A stretch of DNA of 64,000 nt from Minisyncoccota bacterium (GTDB taxonomy: Bacteria; Patescibacteriota; Minisyncoccia; Moranbacterales; UBA1568): contig JBPPMJ010000003.1 of assembly GCA_051306005.1 (NCBI GenBank), forward strand, positions 329,171-393,170, in the 5' to 3' direction. A model generated the notes under the pieces. That model was not told the DNA's origin. It saw only the letters and a list, made by a program, of their open reading frames with translations, and searched no databases. Both the position numbers and the translations under genes were made by a program. The first letter of the stretch is position 1; each line of letters starts with the position of its first letter. Below, in pieces: positions 40,126 to 47,593 of the stretch.

Positions 40126-40788
40126 CTATTTTTTCTGAACAATTGTGAGTCCATCACTTATAGGGAGCATACACATATCAACTCGACTGTCCTTATGAAT
40201 CTTTTGATTGAGATCATGCACTGCCTGTGTCACCTCGTCCTTTTGTTCGTCCAATACCTTCCCATGTCTGAATACATTGTCTACGAGTATGACCCCACCT
40301 TGACGGATCAATTGCAGACAATATTCATAATACATATCATGATTTATCTTATCTGCATCAATAAACGCTATATCGAAATAGTTTTCTTTCTTCTCTTGAT
40401 GTAACAATGTGTCTAAAGTTTCCTTTGCCTCGCCAACCCTCAAACTGATTTTCTTTTCCACTTCAACCTTCTTCCAATACTGTTTTGCTATATCTGTCCA
40501 TTCTCTGTTTTTATCACAAGTAATCACCTCGCCATTCGACGACATCGCTTGCGCAACAGCAAGTGTGCTATATCCAGTAAAAGTACCTATTTCAAGGTAA
40601 CGAGAACAGTTAGTAAGTCTTACTAAAAATGACATAAACTGACCCTGCTCAGGAGAAATTTGGAAATCACCCATAGGGTGATTTTTCATCTGCAATCTCA
40701 AAGATGCTAATATATCACTCTCTCTCAAAGAGACAGAGTGATAATAATCATACGATTTTACATCCATAAATATCGTTTTGCTCGACAT
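40126..40788 (-). CDS. Caffeoyl-CoA/catechol-type O-methyltransferase (Methyltransf_3)
   Basis: QISPEQGQF, LEIGTFTGYS, FIDADK and DNV motifs. Confidence 0.92.
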   Translation of the reverse strand: MSSKTIFMDVKSYDYYHSVSLRESDILASLRLQMKNHPMGDFQISPEQGQFMSFLVRLTNCSRYLEIGTFTGYSTLAVAQAMSSNGEVITCDKNREWTDIAKQYWKKVEVEKKISLRVGEAKETLDTLLHQEKKENYFDIAFIDADKINHDMYYEYCLQLIRQGGVILVDNVFRHGKVLDEQKDEVTQAVHDLNQKIHKDSRVDMCMLPISDGLTIVQKK

Positions 40789-40814
40789 ATCGGAAATATT
40801 CTTTACCCAAAAAA

Positions 40815-42089
40815 TTATAATCGCCCGTGAGTTTCAGATTTTTTGTAAATTGATTTGAGATCGTAGATTATAGAATTTTCCTTTCCAAATGATTTTATCT
40901 TTTGGATTCCTAATTCAGCGAATTGGTTATGCATAACAGCAATGACAATACCGTCATATGAACCTTCTTCTGGATTTTCTACAAGATCAATATCATATAT
41001 TTTCTTCATTTCAGTTGGATTCGCAACAGGATCATAGACATCAACAATGATATTATATCCTTCAAGTGCTTTTTTGATATCCAACGGACGGGCATTACGA
41101 ATATCAGGACAGTTCTCTTTGAAAGTTGTTCCCATAAGCAACACTTTCGAACCAGGAATACCGAGGTTGTTCCTCGACATAAGTTGAGCAATTTCGTTGG
41201 CTACATAGAACCCCATCCCGTCATTTATCGTTCGTGTAGCTTTCAAGATACCCATATTGTGCCCAACCGATTGAGCTTTATGAACGAGATAGTATGGATC
41301 CACACCAATACAATGTCCACCAACAAGGCCAGGAACGAACGGCAACGCATTCCACTTTGTTTTCATTGCATCCGTTACTTCTTTTGTATCGATATCAAGT
41401 TTATTAAGTAAGATAGCCACCTCATTCATAAAACCGATATTCACATCCCTCTGTGCATTTTCAATCACTTTGCAAGCTTCCGCTGCTTCTAAACTACTCA
41501 CGCGATGTGTCCCTGCTGTAATAATTTCTTTATACAAAGTATCGACGAAATCAGCAGTTTCTTCATTGGATCCAGATGTAACTTTTTTAATATCTGCGAG
41601 TTTCAGTGTATCTGCAGGAGAAATGCGTTCTGGGCTATACCCAACAAAAAAATCTTCATTAAATTTCAGTCCTGATCCTTCTTCAATCGCTGGGACACAG
41701 ATTTCTCGTGTCGCACCAGGATAAACCGTGGACTCATAGATAATAACATCTCCTTCAGCAACATATCTTCCTACTGAGCTACTCGCATTTATTAGGGCAG
41801 TAAAATCAGGGACGTTAAATTCATTAACAGGGGTTGGGAGAGCAAGGATATAGACGTTAGCTGAAACAATATCACTTTCTTTATCTGTAAAAATAAGTTT
41901 TTCAGTCTCAATGAGATCATTTTTTGATGTTTCTCGTGTCCTATCATATCCGCTCTTGAGCTCACTTATACGATCATGACTAATATCAAATCCAATAACG
42001 CTGAATTTCTTACTGAAAGCGAGTGCTAATGGTAATCCTACATAACCAAGACCAACAACTGCAATCTTCGTTTTTTCCAAAGTTCTCAT
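40815..42089 (-). CDS. UDP-N-acetylhexosamine 6-dehydrogenase (TviB/WbpO-like)
   Basis: GLGYVGLPLA, ESTVYPG, YSPERI, GLVGGHCIGVDPYY and FKENCPDIRN motifs. Confidence 0.92.
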   Translation of the reverse strand: MRTLEKTKIAVVGLGYVGLPLALAFSKKFSVIGFDISHDRISELKSGYDRTRETSKNDLIETEKLIFTDKESDIVSANVYILALPTPVNEFNVPDFTALINASSSVGRYVAEGDVIIYESTVYPGATREICVPAIEEGSGLKFNEDFFVGYSPERISPADTLKLADIKKVTSGSNEETADFVDTLYKEIITAGTHRVSSLEAAEACKVIENAQRDVNIGFMNEVAILLNKLDIDTKEVTDAMKTKWNALPFVPGLVGGHCIGVDPYYLVHKAQSVGHNMGILKATRTINDGMGFYVANEIAQLMSRNNLGIPGSKVLLMGTTFKENCPDIRNARPLDIKKALEGYNIIVDVYDPVANPTEMKKIYDIDLVENPEEGSYDGIVIAVMHNQFAELGIQKIKSFGKENSIIYDLKSIYKKSETHGRL

Positions 42090-43303
42090 ATTTTTTTACT
42101 CTTTAATGAATTATACATATTACAAATTGCAACGCCAGCTTCTTCTTTATACAGATAATCTTCAACACAAAGATTCTCAAGTGGATAAGGATGGAACTCT
42201 CCATCAACAGTAAAGCCTTCTGTATCTATATACACAATATTTAATCCCTTCTTCCTTGCAGATTCCTGTGTTTTTCTTCTATCAGCATGAAGCCCAAAAA
42301 CAAATAGTGACTTTACTCGAGGGTGAAAAATAAATTTTGGAGCGATATGAGCCTCTTCAAATCGTCTAATAAACTTCTCTTTCAGTCCGACCTTGCTCGG
42401 CATCAAATCGAAATTATTATTTATTACCTCACCAACAAAATATCCTTCATCATACATTTTCCGTAGTGTCTGGTAAAAAACTCCAGGCCTTTTCTTAAAT
42501 GCTGTTTTAAACATTCTGGTCAACACTGGAAGATAGTCTTCGGTATCAAATAACATTCTGTCCAACAGCGTGTCATCACGGGGGTTAAAAATAAATTTTT
42601 TCGTCTTGAAATCTTCAGTAACCGAATAAGCATCATGTAAAAAATGAAGTGGCGGTATACCGCTTTCAATAGATGGGCCACACCCCAACTCAACTTGTGC
42701 TGGCAAAAGACTCCTCAATAATTCCTCTGAATAGGGTATGGATGTATCGTTCCTCTTACCACGTTCTCTTACTCCTGTTTTCAGGATATTCCATGGCTTT
42801 TCTTTTATCTCTTTACTACGTACGAATTCTGGTGATGAAAAATAAATTTCATAATCAAAATACCCGTCTTTATCAGAGGTCCTTTTTTCTACATGAAGAA
42901 GCAGATCTCCTTTTGTATATACGCGATTGTTATTATTTTTATTGATGAGCTTCCACCCAGCAGTGCCAATCTTTTCAGTAAAACCCACAACTTGAAACAA
43001 GTCCTCCTCAGCGGGCAATGTATAAAATATCCACAAATAAAAATTTTTCAAACAAAGGGCATAGCCACCCCCCATAACATCATCACGAAATATATCGTAA
43101 CTGTAATTATAATGAATCATCCTCTTCCGTTCACCAAAAACTTCATCGGCAGATGAGCCATTTTTCAATGCACTTTGGGTACGCCTCCAAATACCTTCTT
43201 CGCTTGTCCTATCCCAATCAGAAGATGTATCTTTATAAATGGTTTCCCACGTTTTTACCTCTTCCGAAGATAAACTTTCCTTTACCTTATAAGGAAATTT
43301 CAT
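42086..43303 (-). CDS. Hypothetical protein with a divergent Sir2/DHS-like NAD-binding C-terminal domain
   Basis: LGCGPSIESGIP resembles GAGxSxxxGIP; INNNFDLM resembles TQNxD; LFVFG; ATGA overlap with the dehydrogenase gene. Confidence 0.65.
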   Translation of the reverse strand: MKFPYKVKESLSSEEVKTWETIYKDTSSDWDRTSEEGIWRRTQSALKNGSSADEVFGERKRMIHYNYSYDIFRDDVMGGGYALCLKNFYLWIFYTLPAEEDLFQVVGFTEKIGTAGWKLINKNNNNRVYTKGDLLLHVEKRTSDKDGYFDYEIYFSSPEFVRSKEIKEKPWNILKTGVRERGKRNDTSIPYSEELLRSLLPAQVELGCGPSIESGIPPLHFLHDAYSVTEDFKTKKFIFNPRDDTLLDRMLFDTEDYLPVLTRMFKTAFKKRPGVFYQTLRKMYDEGYFVGEVINNNFDLMPSKVGLKEKFIRRFEEAHIAPKFIFHPRVKSLFVFGLHADRRKTQESARKKGLNIVYIDTEGFTVDGEFHPYPLENLCVEDYLYKEEAGVAICNMYNSLKSKKI

Positions 43304-43407
43304 ACGAGATGTATGCTTAGCAGAAAAATTAAGTCTTGCCTACATTTTCCTCTAAAACCCATTTTAAGTCAAGAAAACAGTTTTGACATAAAAAAATTAA
43401 TGAATCT

Positions 43408-43504
43408 CCCACGGGCTTACGCCCGGGGTTTCATACCCCTCGAGCTTCGCTCGCCAAGCTTACGCTCAGGGATTTACTTGCGCAGTTAAATAACCAAGTA
43501 AATC
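43408..43504. repeat. REP/IS200-end-like palindromic cluster
   Basis: cgggc-ttac-gcccg hairpin; cgagc..gctcg; gatttacttg...caagtaaatc 10-bp inverted repeat. Confidence 0.5.
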
Positions 43505-43560
43505 ACCCTATCATAACCCTTGTTTTTTAACAACTAACACCTTATAATCATAATCCTCCC

Positions 43561-45282
43561 TCATTTCCCAATCCCCGAAAAAGAAGCCTGATCGGAGGTG
43601 CCGGTCTTGATTTTGGGATTAATGAAAGGTAGCTCGACGATGAAACGAGAGCCTTTTCCCGGACCATCAGATTCGATATGAATATGTCCGCCATGCGCTT
43701 CTACAAAATTTTTGCCAACATAGAGACCGAGTCCAGTACCCGAGACATACATTTTAGATGTTTCCTGACTACGCATAAATTTCTCGAATAGCCTCTCTTT
43801 TTCTTTAGCACCAATACCAAGTCCGGTATCCGCGACTATGATGCGTGCCACCATCGTGTTCGCTTCCAAAGACACAATAACGCCACCTTCTTTGGTATAC
43901 TTCAAAGCATTATCGATTAGATTGGATATTACTTCTTTCATTTTATTGGCATCCAATGTCAAAACTGGTATAGGCGTAGCAGGTAAACGCATTTCTAATG
44001 ATAGGTGTTTATCCTTGGCTACAGTGCCAAACATTTCCACCAATTCGGCAATCAATGGCTCTAGATGTGTCGGAGAAAAAGTATACTGGATACGTCCCGA
44101 TTCGATACGCGATATATTAAGCAGATCTTCAACCAAATGCACCAATCGATCATTAATGATATAGAGTTTGTCCATCACGTCTTGAATAGCCGGAGACACG
44201 GCGCCATATGATCCCTCCAAAATGAGCGAAACGTAGCCCTTGATGGCAGTGAGCGGGGTGCGCAACTGATGCGAAGCGATGGAGACGAATTCCGATTTTG
44301 CCTTGTCCAAATCGTGCAAGCGATCATTCGCCACCGCCAAACTGTCGGAGAGTTTCTGGAGCTCTTCTCTACGCTTGACTTCCTGCTTCACCGATCGGAT
44401 AAGTAACCAACCAGCACCGGATGTGATGACCAGCGTAATACCGATGAGAATTCTATTGGTCGTACTCGTCGCAAATGTGAATATGGACGCAATGAGCAGA
44501 AACTGCGTCACCACCAACGCCTGCGCTCCGAGCAGTTTGATATCAAAGGCCTGGAATTTGACGATCGCATACGCTAAAAGTCCTATAAAAATAGGCGCAC
44601 CGAAAAGTCCATATTGACCCAGTGACCAATTCTCCGTCCAACTACCCACTATGTTGCCAAAAGAAAAAGCAGTTAAAAATAAAATCACGCCACTAGATAC
44701 TATTAACAACTCGTTCGTATTATGCTCTTTTCTTTTTCTAAAAAAGTAAAAAAATATTTCAATAAAAATGGCTAATACATACACTATTTCAACAAGATAG
44801 GCATACTGCCACAGCATTCCCTCTAAGGCCTCTCTTTCACAGTTTGTAAAATTAAAAAATACAAGATTATACTCCGTGGAAGCCAAGAGTATGAGAGGAA
44901 TAAATGGGATACCTATAACCACTTTTCCCCAAAATGGAAAATCTTTTTTCCAAATAAAAACATGTATGAAGTACAAGGCCGTAACATATATCAGAAGATC
45001 AAAAAAAATCATTGATGACCACACAAACATTATGTATTCACTTTTTTCGGTAGCCCACAAAATTAAGTCAAAGAAAATCCAGAGACAGAAAAATCCAATT
45101 AAAGAAAAAAGAATCTGATTGACGAGCGCTCTACGATTACTGAAAAAAATAAAGGCTCCAAGGACAGCAGCCAAAAAGAATGATCCTAAATGAGAATAGT
45201 ATATCAATGGATCAAAAACATTTTGGGAAAATATCAGAAACTTCGCGGTGTCCCAAGTACATAACAAAGGATTCAGATTCAT
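43561..45282 (-). CDS. Membrane sensor histidine kinase with a multi-TM (HisKA_7TM-like) input domain
   Basis: About 9 TM segments, then ASHQLRTPL (H box), NLIDNALKY, DTGLG and GTGLGL. Confidence 0.93.
   Translation of the reverse strand: MNLNPLLCTWDTAKFLIFSQNVFDPLIYYSHLGSFFLAAVLGAFIFFSNRRALVNQILFSLIGFFCLWIFFDLILWATEKSEYIMFVWSSMIFFDLLIYVTALYFIHVFIWKKDFPFWGKVVIGIPFIPLILLASTEYNLVFFNFTNCEREALEGMLWQYAYLVEIVYVLAIFIEIFFYFFRKRKEHNTNELLIVSSGVILFLTAFSFGNIVGSWTENWSLGQYGLFGAPIFIGLLAYAIVKFQAFDIKLLGAQALVVTQFLLIASIFTFATSTTNRILIGITLVITSGAGWLLIRSVKQEVKRREELQKLSDSLAVANDRLHDLDKAKSEFVSIASHQLRTPLTAIKGYVSLILEGSYGAVSPAIQDVMDKLYIINDRLVHLVEDLLNISRIESGRIQYTFSPTHLEPLIAELVEMFGTVAKDKHLSLEMRLPATPIPVLTLDANKMKEVISNLIDNALKYTKEGGVIVSLEANTMVARIIVADTGLGIGAKEKERLFEKFMRSQETSKMYVSGTGLGLYVGKNFVEAHGGHIHIESDGPGKGSRFIVELPFINPKIKTGTSDQASFSGIGK
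43579..43698. repeat. 120-bp direct repeat, copy 2
   Basis: 117/120 identical to 39773-39892. Confidence 0.9.
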
Positions 45283-45308
45283 AATATCTTACTCATTGCT
45301 TATTAATA

Positions 45309-45779
45309 TTAACTTTGATATTGCATATATACTCCCTGAAAATACTTTGGAATATATGGCAAATATCTATTATACACATCCTTTGGAAGCCAACGGATAC
45401 CACGAATAATTCCTCTACAATTTTTAGCACCACAATGACACTTCATTTCCCATAAACTGTCTTCTGAAATAGAATAGTCAAACGTCAGCTCCTCTCCTTT
45501 TTTAATGTCTCTTAATGCTACAAACAATAGTTTGCCTCGAACCCCAAGATTTGGATTACAGGAATGATTTATATATCTAGCAGGACCGTATGGATCTATC
45601 CATAGATTCTTTCCTACTCCAATCATGTTTGGCTTCATTAAAGCATCTCTCTTGGTTTTTGGATAAAACAAAATCGGCTTTCCTTTTAAAATAAAGGCTA
45701 CCTCTTCTTTTTGTATATTTCTGACTGAAAAAACACCTAACCTGCTTATCTTAGAATGGCTGACAATCACTTTCAACAT
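45309..45779 (-). CDS. SET-domain methyltransferase with post-SET Cys cluster
   Basis: GVFS, RYINHSCNPN, RDIKKGEELTFDY and CHCGAKNCRG motifs. Confidence 0.93.
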   Translation of the reverse strand: MLKVIVSHSKISRLGVFSVRNIQKEEVAFILKGKPILFYPKTKRDALMKPNMIGVGKNLWIDPYGPARYINHSCNPNLGVRGKLLFVALRDIKKGEELTFDYSISEDSLWEMKCHCGAKNCRGIIRGIRWLPKDVYNRYLPYIPKYFQGVYMQYQS

Positions 45780-45848
45780 AAAAATAAATTTTTAGACAAG
45801 TTAATATTACTACTTTCATATATAAAAGCAAATGGGGCGCCTCTGATT

Positions 45849-46478
45849 TTATTCAAGAGAACGCCCCGAGTTTTTTTTCCTGCAAAGAAACTGCCGAAGA
45901 ATAAGCATCCAGACAACACTATCAGCAATAAAAATTGTCCAGACATACGCCACTTCAATGTTGTTTCCTTGCTCTATTGCGAAGAAGTTGAGAATATTCC
46001 CTATATGGGTGAATGACCACGGGATGAAGCCTTCTTCTCCTGGATACTTATACGTTTTCACTATTGTAGGCACCAAAACGAGGATTTCCGCGATAAGAGT
46101 AACCGCAAGCGCCAGAAGAGGGTCTCGAGAAATGAGAAACACTCCGATGGCACCAATCACGCCTACAACACAGAGCCAATCAGTACGACTGATACTGCCA
46201 TTGCGTCCGTACCAAAAAGCCAGTACAGCAATAGTCGATAGACCAATAAAGTCACCTAATGGCACATAAATCGTTTCGTGGCCACCAGACCCCCGATAAA
46301 AAATCAGTGACATAAAACCAAGTAACGCCGAAAGCGTCCAAGTGACTTTATGTGGCACTGTTTCTTTCTTCAAGATAGACCAGATATACAGTGGGTGAGC
46401 CAAAAAAGACACTAGCCCTGCGACAATGCCAATAACCCGCTCAGGAGTCATCGGCAAAGAAAATACTAATTCAAGCAC
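45849..46478 (-). CDS. Polytopic membrane protein, PQ-loop/SWEET-like internal repeat
   Basis: About 7 TM segments; repeats HPLYIWSILKKETVP..TW and VPTIVKTYKYP..PW; GGAGG SD before GTG. Confidence 0.65.
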   Translation of the reverse strand: MLELVFSLPMTPERVIGIVAGLVSFLAHPLYIWSILKKETVPHKVTWTLSALLGFMSLIFYRGSGGHETIYVPLGDFIGLSTIAVLAFWYGRNGSISRTDWLCVVGVIGAIGVFLISRDPLLALAVTLIAEILVLVPTIVKTYKYPGEEGFIPWSFTHIGNILNFFAIEQGNNIEVAYVWTIFIADSVVWMLILRQFLCRKKNSGRSLE

Positions 46479-46521
46479 GATGCCCTCCTACGTTGCAATT
46501 GTTAAACTAACTAGACTACCC

Positions 46522-46550
46522 ATTATACACCAAAAAAACCACCTTGTCAA
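46522..46550 (-). promoter_or_regulatory. Consensus sigma70 promoter (TTGACA-17-TATAAT) for the membrane protein-SET-kinase operon
   Basis: Minus strand ttgaca-aggtggtttttttggtg-tataat. Confidence 0.7.
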
Positions 46551-46616
46551 ACGAAAATGTTTACCTTTGGCTTATATAAGTTATTTTATGCCTTTTTTAG
46601 ACTCACTGCATTCACC

Positions 46617-46781
46617 TCACACCCGACAGAAATCCATTCCCATATCTTTGTCATTCCACCGCCTCCAGATTTCTTCCTTGGCGACCGAGAGTGGGGTATA
46701 GATACCGAGATCCACCGCCGTCTGCACCATCTCTGTTGTCTTCGCTCTTTCCATTTCCTTCACCTGCTTCTTGTCAGTCAT
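46617..46781 (-). pseudogene. 54-codon ORF, probable truncated gene remnant
   Basis: MTDKKQVKEMERAKTTEMVQTAVDLGIYTPLSVAKEEIWRRWNDKDMGMDFCRV with upstream GAAGGG; below the ORF-track cutoff. Confidence 0.45.
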
Positions 46782-47054
46782 ACCCTTCAGTATTACTCAT
46801 TATCTCCCATACTCATCAACATACTCAATCACTACAATACAAAATAGGTATAGCAATACCTCTCAATCAGTCCCTTACCATTACATCAATTATACAACAA
46901 ACCCCTCTTTTTGCAAGGAGAAAAGTGAGACAAACATAGCAACCGCGATCATTAAGCCACAATCTTTCTCTTCTAAATCTGCCATCAGTCTGAGCGAGAC
47001 GTTACTACTAAAAAGGGAAAAGCTCGCCGAACAGACTGATCGACGAGCTTGAGT

Positions 47055-47567
47055 TTATACACCGAGTAAGTCCTTGAGCGAGAGGTGCGAGGCACTCGCC
47101 ACAAAGACAAAGTCAGCGTAGGATTTCAGGTTTTGCACATCTTTTTCAAGGGGATGCATTACCTGATTTGAGGCACTGAGTGTCGGAATCTGGTCTCTGC
47201 GGACGATTCTTGTAACCCGCGTATCCTCGTCCGCTTCGCAAAAAACAAGAACACTGTTCGGAAACCTCAACTTGAGCGTCCGGTAGACATCAACGTGGCG
47301 CACTCCGTCCAGTATAAATGGACCATTTACATCCACATTGATTCTTTGGACAAACCAATCGATATAGCTTTCTACGCTTCTCGATTGGTAAATACTGTAG
47401 CCGATCACCTGAAGTAAATCACGATCAGTAGACAAATCATTTTTGATCGCCCATGCTCGCAAAATATCCCCAAATGAAGTCTTGCTGTAACCAAACTCCG
47501 CTACCAGAGCATTTCCGAGAGTGGTTTTGCCACTGCCCGTTGCACCTGCTATGAAGACAGTCTTCAT
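47055..47567 (-). CDS. P-loop nucleoside/nucleotide monophosphate kinase-like protein
   Basis: GATGSGKTT, SFGDILR, ILDGVRH and RVTRIVRRD lid motifs; GGAGG SD. Confidence 0.85.
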   Translation of the reverse strand: MKTVFIAGATGSGKTTLGNALVAEFGYSKTSFGDILRAWAIKNDLSTDRDLLQVIGYSIYQSRSVESYIDWFVQRINVDVNGPFILDGVRHVDVYRTLKLRFPNSVLVFCEADEDTRVTRIVRRDQIPTLSASNQVMHPLEKDVQNLKSYADFVFVASASHLSLKDLLGV

Positions 47568-47593
47568 CTTGCATCCTCCGTCTATTGTCTCAC

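Noticed and set aside
39773-43698. 120-bp repeat pair as a DGR template/variable repeat
   Set aside because: The three mismatches are not all at adenines of one copy, and no reverse transcriptase is present in the window.
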